Origin: a virus
DNA length: 64,000 bases
Reading direction: 5' to 3' (one strand)
Virus record (IMG/VR): IMGVR_UViG_3300017991_004311
Location: 34,937 to 98,936 of that record
Part shown: one piece after another, positions 9,252 through 16,262 of the stretch
How the letters are laid out: each line of letters starts with the position of its first letter
Position numbering within the stretch: position 1 is the stretch's first letter
Position numbers and translations under genes: made by a program
The notes under the pieces: model-generated
The model's input: only the letters and a program-made list of their open reading frames with translations
What the model was told of the DNA's origin: nothing
Database searches by the model: none

Positions 9252-9505
9252 TGCCGCTGCCGATGGTGACCGACGAGGCGTTCAAGGCGGCGATGAACAA
9301 TTGGAACCACATGCGCACGCGCGGCGAGAACCCGTTTCTGAAGACGCTCGACACCATGTCCGGGGAGAACCCGATGTTGATGCTCTCGGCGCACGGGTTC
9401 TTCAAAGGCGACCCGCCGCTCGACTTCCTCACCGGGATGGCGTTCGTCTATTCGCTCCTGAAGATCCAGCACGAGCTGGACGAGATCAAGACCATGAGTC
9501 GATAA
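9248..9505 (+). CDS. hypothetical protein
   Basis: GTGA overlap with the upstream ORF; coding-like composition. Confidence 0.55.
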   Translation: MMPLPMVTDEAFKAAMNNWNHMRTRGENPFLKTLDTMSGENPMLMLSAHGFFKGDPPLDFLTGMAFVYSLLKIQHELDEIKTMSR

Positions 9506-9524
9506 ATTATTACCCGGTAATAAT
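9506..9524. promoter_or_regulatory. palindromic operator-like site, copy 1
   Basis: ATTATTACC-C-GGTAATAAT; second copy at 20577. Confidence 0.55.
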
Positions 9525-9719
9525 ATGAGCAAGTACATGAGGTGGCTCAGCGGCCAGAGGGGATTCGACAGGGCACCGGAGCGGGAGATACGCTCGAGGA
9601 TGCTGAGGCGGTTCCCGGAGCTGCCGAGCCAGAGGGCGCTCTCGCTCATCCTGCTGTGGAAGCAAAGGCAAGGGAAGCGGGGGCATGATACGGGATGATG
9701 GATTAGAGGAGGGGGAATC

Positions 9720-10751
9720 CTGAAGCTCAACTGCGGAACCGAACCCAGGGACGGGTACACCACGATCGGACTCGACCGCGCCTGCGACGTGGTTTGGGAC
9801 GTGGCCCATGGTTTCCCGTACGGTGATTCGTCCGTGGAGATGGTGCGCCTCTCCCGCCTCCCCGATGCGGACGGCGCGGCGTTCCTGCTCTCCGATGCGT
9901 GGCGCGTGCTCCGTCCCGGGGGGATGCTCGTCGTTGACGCTGCGGTCGGTAGCACTTGGGACCCGGACACGTTGCTGCGCTTCTGCCTCGACGACCGGAG
10001 GGTGCTGCATTCGATCCGGGCGAAGTTCAGGGTGGAGCGTCTGGAAGACCATCAGGAAGGCGACGGGCACCGGGTGCGCGCCTGGCTCACCGCTGAGAAG
10101 GGCAAGCGGCACCATGAGGATCTGATGGCGCACGTGCGCAATTCCATCCTCTACGTGCGCATGTCGGGTGAGGGCGCCGGCTCCCCCAAGGGCGTGCTCG
10201 GCATCCGCCACGGGGTATGTGGTGACGGGTGCCTCCAGCTCCACGTGACCGGGCTCACGCCTGACGGGGAGGGATTGCTGGCGGGGCGCTCGAAGGGGAT
10301 ACGCCGTGCCGCGCGGAAGGGGGTGCGCGCCCTGCGCGGCCTCGGATTGGGACGGTTCGGGTCACATTTCGACTTCCGTCTCCTGCAGGATTCGAGGACG
10401 GGATGGCAGGGCGGGGAGATACGATGCGGGGGATCAGCGGTCGAGTCGTGGGAGCCGGGCGAGCCGTCGCCGGTGCGGTTCAAGGCGGTGGAGACGGGGC
10501 ATCCGGGGCCGATCATCTTCGTGGGGGAGAGGGAATGGATGGCCAGGGGCAGGGAACCGCAGGTCATCGACGGTTCCATGCTCGTGCTCATCGACACCTT
10601 CCGCTGGGTGGCGGAGAGCGTCCAGAGGCCGGAGGCGCACGACATCACGGTCAGGGGCGCGAAGGACTCCACGTTGAACGGTGTGTGGCGGTTCCGCCAC
10701 CGGAGGACGGACGCCGGCGGCGGATGGACCCTCCAGATCACGAAGAGCTGA
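9720..10751 (+). CDS. degenerate SAM-methyltransferase domain fused to an unknown (LigD phosphoesterase-like?) domain
   Basis: GAGGAGGGGG RBS before in-frame CTG 9720; KLNCG..RDGY..DVVWD..GFPY.DSSV..AWRVLRPGG; C-terminal LQLH...SHFDFRL. Confidence 0.55.
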   Translation: MKLNCGTEPRDGYTTIGLDRACDVVWDVAHGFPYGDSSVEMVRLSRLPDADGAAFLLSDAWRVLRPGGMLVVDAAVGSTWDPDTLLRFCLDDRRVLHSIRAKFRVERLEDHQEGDGHRVRAWLTAEKGKRHHEDLMAHVRNSILYVRMSGEGAGSPKGVLGIRHGVCGDGCLQLHVTGLTPDGEGLLAGRSKGIRRAARKGVRALRGLGLGRFGSHFDFRLLQDSRTGWQGGEIRCGGSAVESWEPGEPSPVRFKAVETGHPGPIIFVGEREWMARGREPQVIDGSMLVLIDTFRWVAESVQRPEAHDITVRGAKDSTLNGVWRFRHRRTDAGGGWTLQITKS

Positions 10752-10763
10752 CTTGCCCCCTTA

Positions 10764-10791
10764 TTGACATTTTGTGATATTGTGCTATAAT
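10764..10791 (+). promoter_or_regulatory. sigma70-type promoter with extended -10
   Basis: TTGACA-16nt-TATAAT with TGn. Confidence 0.85.
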
Positions 10792-10828
10792 ATATAGTGT
10801 AATACCATCAAGAAGAAGGAGAGAGAAG

Positions 10829-11455
10829 ATGACCAAGACTATCATCATCCCGGAAGCCTTGAAAGCCATCGGAGGCAGCGAGTGGATCAGGGGAGACAAG
10901 CACCGCATTTATTTCAACGACCTCCCGAAATGGTATGGTCTCCAATACACCACCTACAACACCGGCAACGTCAAATCAGCCCAACTCGATGGCCAGCCCA
11001 TCAGCAACAGTCAGGCGCGGGGGATCATCTACGGACTGGACAAGATCTGGTACGATGTCAAAAACGGTGATTTCTCCTATCGCGGTGACCCCGAATACTG
11101 CGAAAAGGCTATTGAGAAAATCAAGGCGGAAGCCGAGAAAGCGGATGTTCCGCCAGTCCCGGAAGTCGAAGAACTCACTTCCGAAACTCCTCCCGCAGAT
11201 GGCGCATACATACTCGCAGACGAGAGTGGCCAGGTGATAGGGGCGTACCCCATCCAAGATGCACCGCCCTTTGATGAGGTAATCGCGCAACAGCGCCGGG
11301 AAGTCGCCGGATTTGATGGGACCATCACTGTATATCATATCGACGATGGTCAGGCACAGGATCTGCATCGCGCGGCGATTGATAGCCCTGATCCCATAAC
11401 CGCGGCGACAGGGTGGCTCAAAAAAGCTGGGTTGCAGGCATACTGCACCCGATAA
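10829..11455 (+). CDS. hypothetical phage protein
   Basis: AAGGAG RBS after the promoter; lower GC. Confidence 0.75.
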   Translation: MTKTIIIPEALKAIGGSEWIRGDKHRIYFNDLPKWYGLQYTTYNTGNVKSAQLDGQPISNSQARGIIYGLDKIWYDVKNGDFSYRGDPEYCEKAIEKIKAEAEKADVPPVPEVEELTSETPPADGAYILADESGQVIGAYPIQDAPPFDEVIAQQRREVAGFDGTITVYHIDDGQAQDLHRAAIDSPDPITAATGWLKKAGLQAYCTR

Positions 11456-11466
11456 GGAGAGGAACG

Positions 11467-11682
11467 ATGACAACCGAAGACCACGAAGCGCTGATAGCGG
11501 AATTGGTCGAAGCGATACTCGACGTCCGCGATCTCTGCGGTGACGAGGTCTAGGCGGTGAAGGATGCGATGGCCAGGCATGGTCTCCTGTTCGATTTGGC
11601 TCTCTATCGGAAGGCGCAAGTCCGGGCGGATGCCCAATGGAAGCGGGATGAGCAAATAATCGAGCGGGCGGTGAAAGTATGA
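11467..11682 (+). pseudogene. small ORF interrupted by an in-frame TAG (11551-11553)
   Basis: AGGAGAGG RBS; frame continues past TAG to a TGA overlapping the next ATG. Confidence 0.45.
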
Positions 11683-11825
11683 AAACCTACTGTATTCAGC
11701 ACCGGGAGGCCGATGGCACGTTGTCCCGCCCGGAATACGCGTTCGCCGAGGACGCGCAGGAGGCGTGCGAACGGTTCGGGTGGATGGTCGGGAACTGTTT
11801 TGTCAAGGAAGAAAAGGAGGGATGA
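11679..11825 (+). CDS. hypothetical protein (48 aa)
   Basis: ATGA-coupled, ends just before the next ATG. Confidence 0.5.
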   Translation: MKTYCIQHREADGTLSRPEYAFAEDAQEACERFGWMVGNCFVKEEKEG

Positions 11826-12110
11826 ATGACCGTCGTGACGGTGAACTATAAGGGTAGGGCGTGGGGCATCCGGTTGGTGTGGCAGGGCGCGGGCGAGTAC
11901 TGGTTCAACGCCCCCGATGGACAGCCGGGGGCTATCGCCTTGGGCTACTGCGCCGACCTGCACGAGTTGCGCGACGCAGTGCGGGAGGCGGTCGAGGCCG
12001 GGTCGGGCGATGAGGACTGGGGCGGATGGTCCGTGAGGCGGGAGGATGTCAGCGACCCCCACAACGCCGGGGACGAGACACGGCTCACGAAGGATGAGAT
12101 TGCCGGGTGA
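11826..12110 (+). CDS. hypothetical protein
   Basis: AAGGAGG RBS. Confidence 0.65.
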   Translation: MTVVTVNYKGRAWGIRLVWQGAGEYWFNAPDGQPGAIALGYCADLHELRDAVREAVEAGSGDEDWGGWSVRREDVSDPHNAGDETRLTKDEIAG

Positions 12111-12130
12111 TGATAGGAGGAGGAGCAGTC

Positions 12131-12883
12131 GTGAACATTGCCGAGATGAACGCGCAGTACGAAAAAGTGGGGGGGTTCCTGTCCGAATTGGAGCGGATAG
12201 ACAAACGGTTCAGGGAGGAGAACGGGATTGGAGAAGTGTATGCGAGTCCGTTCCACCAAGAGATTAATATGAAGAAACTGATCCGGGAACTCAGGAACGA
12301 CCTGACCAAGTTCGCCATCAGGCGGTTGGCGCAGGAGCATTGCCCGAACGTGGCGGTGGATGCGGCCCGGATAAAAAAAGAGATGGACGAAAAGTGTGGT
12401 GATTCCGGGTTCGACGCTGGGGTGATTGCAGGTTACATTCAGACCCAGTATCTCCCGCATGTCGCTAAACTGAGCTGGAAAAGGATACTGGACGATGCCC
12501 GGAAATTGTTGCCCGTTGTCTGGGGGGATTTCGGGAGGGAGAACGTCTGCGCCAAGGAGATTCAGAAGAAGAAGACCCTTTCCTTGAGGATGTACGTTGG
12601 AGAATATGGATGGGGCATCAGGACGGACGAGCTGATCGCGATAGAGCAGCTTGTCAGGGTCGTCCTCGGGGGCGAGGACCCGGTGAGGGTTGAGGGGCGG
12701 GAGCTGGCGGAGGCGTACCAACATAGCGATGAACTGTACGAAGTCCACGACGTGGATGTCGGGAAGCTGCGCAAGGCGAGGTTGTACAAGAACGGGAAGC
12801 TCTTGCTCTATTTCGAGGACGAGGACGCGGCGAGGAAGGTGGCAATGGCTTTGACAAACGGGCATTACAGGGGGCGGCCATGA
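12131..12883 (+). CDS. hypothetical protein
   Basis: GGAGGAGG RBS before GTG 12131. Confidence 0.7.
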   Translation: MNIAEMNAQYEKVGGFLSELERIDKRFREENGIGEVYASPFHQEINMKKLIRELRNDLTKFAIRRLAQEHCPNVAVDAARIKKEMDEKCGDSGFDAGVIAGYIQTQYLPHVAKLSWKRILDDARKLLPVVWGDFGRENVCAKEIQKKKTLSLRMYVGEYGWGIRTDELIAIEQLVRVVLGGEDPVRVEGRELAEAYQHSDELYEVHDVDVGKLRKARLYKNGKLLLYFEDEDAARKVAMALTNGHYRGRP

Positions 12884-13064
12884 CACACCAAGAGGACACG
12901 TACCGGAGGGCATCGTTGGGGGCGGTCTGTTCGGTGCACGGGTGCGGGCGGTTCGCTGATTATGTCAGGGTGCACAGATGGCATGGCGGGACCGGGTTCT
13001 ATCCGATATGCCGTCTGCACCTGTCGGGACCGAATGCGTAGACAATTGATACGAGGAGGGAGGG

Positions 13065-13274
13065 ATGAAACGGGATTATAGCAAGTTGACGGCCAGCGTC
13101 GTGTGGTTTCTGGTGGACGCGTTGCTGCTGATGTTTCTGTGGAACGCGCTGTTCCCTGCACTGCTGGGGGCCGGGCGCATGAGCTATTGGCAGGCATTGG
13201 GGGTAGTGTTACTGTGGCAGATAGTTTTCGGCGGTTGGCGATTGAAGAGAATAGGTGATGAGATTATCAAGTAG
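13065..13274 (+). CDS. small 2-TM membrane protein
   Basis: Strong RBS; LWNALFP..G.GRMSYWQALG pattern. Confidence 0.65.
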   Translation: MKRDYSKLTASVVWFLVDALLLMFLWNALFPALLGAGRMSYWQALGVVLLWQIVFGGWRLKRIGDEIIK

Positions 13275-13283
13275 GAGGGAGGA

Positions 13284-13844
13284 ATGAATGCCGAGAAGTG
13301 GAAGGGCGCAGTCGCCAAGTTGTGTCGGGGGTGGCTGTCGGACACGACCATAACACTGGACGGAATCAACGATTCGGTCGAGCCCCCGTTTGTGGGGAGC
13401 GCGGCGTGTGATCCCCTTGCCGTGAGCACGGTGATGTATCATGCCTATCTGGGCGATGCCCCCGCATTCCTGGACACGGTGCTGGTGCAGGCGTGGCTGA
13501 CCGCCGATGGGGTGCGCAGCATCGTCGACGGGAAGTGGTGGATGGGCATGTGGGATCGTATTCAGGCACTCATGGTGGGCGCGGAGTTCGACGATTGGAG
13601 GCTGCATGCGGTCTCGGTCCAACGAACGGCCCCATCCAGCGGCAGGGTCGAGAATTTCCTTACCGGGAAGAGCGGGAGCCACTACAGATATTCCGACTGC
13701 GACCCCGACGGCACCGACACGCTCCGGGTGGCGCTTCCGGGCGGCGCACTACCCGGATCGGGTTGGGTGCTCGGGATCGCGCTCATGTTCCGGGGGCCGA
13801 ACCCGGAGGTGGCGCAGGCGCTTATCGGGGAGGTGGAGAAATGA
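13284..13844 (+). CDS. hypothetical protein
   Basis: GGAGGGAGG RBS, ATGA overlap downstream. Confidence 0.65.
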   Translation: MNAEKWKGAVAKLCRGWLSDTTITLDGINDSVEPPFVGSAACDPLAVSTVMYHAYLGDAPAFLDTVLVQAWLTADGVRSIVDGKWWMGMWDRIQALMVGAEFDDWRLHAVSVQRTAPSSGRVENFLTGKSGSHYRYSDCDPDGTDTLRVALPGGALPGSGWVLGIALMFRGPNPEVAQALIGEVEK

Positions 13845-13993
13845 GCATAGTGGGCACGCTGTTCAGGTTGGCGAGGTTGGGGGCGGACGTGAAAGCGTTC
13901 GGTTCCGGTGATCCGGTGAGGATGGCCCGGAGGGTCAAGAACAAGGCGGTGGGGAGGACGGTGGCGAGCAGGCTGTTCAGGTGGCCGTGGTAG
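13841..13993 (+). CDS. small basic hypothetical protein
   Basis: GGAGG RBS; [28 protein letters not shown]. Confidence 0.6.
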   Translation: MSIVGTLFRLARLGADVKAFGSGDPVRMARRVKNKAVGRTVASRLFRWPW

Positions 13994-14001
13994 TGTGATT
14001 C

Positions 14002-14029
14002 TTGACATTGAGCGGAAATAATGTATAGT
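14002..14029 (+). promoter_or_regulatory. sigma70-type promoter for the Y RNA/Ro60 unit
   Basis: TTGACA-16nt-TATAGT, 6 nt before the RNA 5' end. Confidence 0.75.
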
Positions 14030-14035
14030 GTAATT

Positions 14036-14168
14036 GACGGGGGTAGCTCAGTTGGTAGAGCGCTAACGTACCCTGTGCGATTGTTCGGCCTTTTCAGGTT
14101 GCGCAGTGGAGGGTTACTTCTCCTGCTAAGAGAGAGGTCGCAGGTTCGAGTCCTGCCCCCCGCCACCA
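14036..14168 (+). ncRNA. Y RNA (YrlA-like) in tRNA order with encoded CCA
   Basis: TAGCTCAGTTGGTAGAGC D arm, GCAGG-TTCGAGT-CCTGC T arm, 8-nt acceptor GACGGGGG/CCCCCGCC + ACCA; anticodon arm replaced by a long paired insert; adjacent to Ro60. Confidence 0.8.
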
Positions 14169-14190
14169 TATTTGTATTGGGCAATGATTC

Positions 14191-14277
14191 GAGAGAAGTG
14201 GCGCAGGAAAGGGATACTTCATCATACGGAGATGACGCCGAAAGGCATGTTCCCTGTCCGATTGTTCCACTTCTCTT
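14191..14277 (+). ncRNA. second Y-RNA-like RNA without a tRNA domain
   Basis: Terminal stem AGAGAAGTGG/CCACTTCTCT; shares GCGCAGnnnAGGGnTACTTC and CCCTGTnCGATTGTT with RNA 1. Confidence 0.7.
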
Positions 14278-14299
14278 ACTATTTTAAAGGGGGGGATGA

Positions 14300-15793
14300 A
14301 TGAAGTTCAACCAGCCGGTTGCGAACAGCACGAAGACGGTCAATTTCGAGGGGGCGGTGAGCTATCGCACCGATCCCAGAACGGAACTAGTTTCGCGGGT
14401 GCTCTGCACGCTCGTAGGTGAGCCGAAGTTCTACGCTTCGGGGGAGGAGAGCGATCAGGAATTGGTGACGCTTTTGCGCAGTGTGGGCGCAGCTAACCCT
14501 GAATTCTGCCTGAAACTGGCGGCGTACGCCCGCAACGAGATGCACTTGCGCTCGGTGCCGCAGCTCATTTTGGTGGAGATGGCGCAGCTCGACAGCGTGA
14601 GGGGGACGGGTCTGCTCTTGAAATATGCGCCCGCCATCATCCGCAGAGCCGATGAGATCACCGAGTGCATCGCCTACCAGATCGGCAAATTCGGACGATC
14701 AATCCCGAAGCGGTTGAAGAAGGCAATCGCGCTCACGTTCAATTCCTTTTCCCGCTACCAATTCGCCAAGTACAACCGCGATGGCCAGGTAAGGATGCGG
14801 GACGCCATGTTCCTTTGCCATCCCAATCCGAAGGACGAGGAGCACGGGTTGATATTCAGGCAGTTGGCGGATCAGACGCTGGAGCCTCCGAAGACGTGGG
14901 AGGTTATCATCTCGGAGAATGGCAGCACGAAGGAAGCATGGGGAGAGGTCGTGCGCTTGTGGCTGGAGAGCCCCCGGTTTGGGAACTATATGGCGGCGCT
15001 TCGGAATCTGAGAAATCTTCTACAGGCTAAGGTTGACGCGGGATTGATGCGGCGGGTATGCGATCAGCTCCGGGATAGGGAGAACGTAAGGCGGAGCAAG
15101 CAGCTCCCGTTCCGTTTTTTGTCCGCGTACCGCCAGATTGAGCGGGTTCCGTCTCCGTTTTCCGGCATGGTGCTGGCGGCCGTCAGCGACGCCATGGACG
15201 CGAGCGTGACCAACATCCCTCATCTTCCAGGCATGACCGGGATTTTGGCTGACTTATCGGGTTCGATGGAATCGCCGTTGTCGGAGCGTGGTTCGCTCAC
15301 ATATAGCGATGTCGGGGCCGTATTGGGCGCGGGCATCGACACTATATCAAATGGATTTGTGGTCGGGTTCGGCGAGATCGCGGAATTGGCGGTGCTGAAT
15401 CGGCGGGATAGTGTGCTTACCAATGCACAGAAGATTCGGCGCATGGATGTCGGGGGAAGCACGAACGCATGGAGGGCAATGGAACTTCTGGAGCGGGAGC
15501 ATATTGTGCTCGATCGGGTGATCTTATTGTCGGACATGCAGTGCTGGGACAGTTCCCCGTGGTCCGAGAGTTTCGCTGATTCGTTCCGTTCCTACCGGAA
15601 GACCGTTGCCCCCAAGTGTCTGTTGTATTCGGTTGATCTTGCGGGCTATGGGCAGGGGGTGCAGATCCCTCAGGGCGAATATGGGGTGGCGTTGCTTGCC
15701 GGATGGTCGGACCGGTTGTTCCAGTTCATCTCTGGGTGGGAAGAGAATCGGGAATCGCAGGTGAAGGCAATCGGGAAGTATGATGTGAATTGA
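14300..15793 (+). CDS. rsr: Ro60/Rsr TROVE-vWA RNA-binding protein
   Basis: LAAYARNEMHLRSVP, RADE, YQFAKYNR, TWE, YMAALRNLRNLL, SKQLPFRFLSAY, MIDAS DLSGSM, T and SDMQ. Confidence 0.92.
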   Translation: MKFNQPVANSTKTVNFEGAVSYRTDPRTELVSRVLCTLVGEPKFYASGEESDQELVTLLRSVGAANPEFCLKLAAYARNEMHLRSVPQLILVEMAQLDSVRGTGLLLKYAPAIIRRADEITECIAYQIGKFGRSIPKRLKKAIALTFNSFSRYQFAKYNRDGQVRMRDAMFLCHPNPKDEEHGLIFRQLADQTLEPPKTWEVIISENGSTKEAWGEVVRLWLESPRFGNYMAALRNLRNLLQAKVDAGLMRRVCDQLRDRENVRRSKQLPFRFLSAYRQIERVPSPFSGMVLAAVSDAMDASVTNIPHLPGMTGILADLSGSMESPLSERGSLTYSDVGAVLGAGIDTISNGFVVGFGEIAELAVLNRRDSVLTNAQKIRRMDVGGSTNAWRAMELLEREHIVLDRVILLSDMQCWDSSPWSESFADSFRSYRKTVAPKCLLYSVDLAGYGQGVQIPQGEYGVALLAGWSDRLFQFISGWEENRESQVKAIGKYDVN

Positions 15794-15838
15794 CCTTTTT
15801 CATTCGGCCCGGACCCGGTCAGTCCGGGCTCTCTCCTT

Positions 15839-15872
15839 CGGGGTGCCTCAGAAATGGGGCGCCCCGTTTTTT
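15839..15872 (+). terminator. intrinsic terminator
   Basis: CGGGGTGCCTCA-GAAA-TGGGGCGCCCCG followed by TTTTTT. Confidence 0.85.
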
Positions 15873-15887
15873 GTGGAAATTTCCAAG

Positions 15888-16084
15888 CCTGTGGATAAGG
15901 TGTAACCTAGCGTTACATGTTATCCACAAGTTATCCACAGACAGTCTTTAGATTTCAATCAATCCCTTTCTTGCTGAAATCCTGTAAATCCGCTCCGATC
16001 CTGCCTTGCGTCTATTCCGGGGGAAAATGGGGTTCCTTGAGCCTGTGGATAAAGTGTAACCTAGCGTTACAGGTTATCCACAGG
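15888..16084. repeat. 197-bp DnaA-box element, copy A
   Basis: Five TTATCCACA boxes; both ends are TGTGGATAA-nn-TGTAAC-N5-GTTACA-nn-TTATCCACA; inverted copy at 52058-52254. Confidence 0.9.
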
Positions 16085-16262
16085 GAAACGTGCAATTCCG
16101 TCAATCGCCCGTTGGAAAAGACGGGCGTTTTTCATGGAATGCGGTCCCGCTTTTTTGTTGGAATCGCGCAATCCCGCTCCAGTCTTGCGTTGCCTCCACC
16201 CCAACCTGAAATAAATTTTCTCTAATATAAGAGGGCAATGAAAAATGTGATATGGTTGAGAG

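Noticed and set aside
11551-13041. Genome-wide TAG recoding (in-frame TAGs at 11551 and 13039)
   Set aside because: Core genes (scaffold, decoration, capsid, tail tube) end cleanly at TAG with the next gene close behind; no suppressor tRNA seen
14036-14168. Ordinary or intron-containing tRNA gene
   Set aside because: No 7-nt anticodon loop or recognisable intron; the insert shares motifs with the neighbouring RNA and sits next to Ro60, so Y RNA fits better
14021-14287. 88-aa ORF over the Y RNAs
   Set aside because: Its start lies within the promoter, it has no RBS, and the RNA structure explains the sequence
15888-16084. Host chromosomal oriC
   Set aside because: No dnaA/dnaN/gidA context, the element is repeated, and it is flanked by phage genes
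4254-16230. Shared TAATATAA as a phage late promoter (4254, 16223)
   Set aside because: Only two short AT-rich matches; not distinguishable from chance without TSS data
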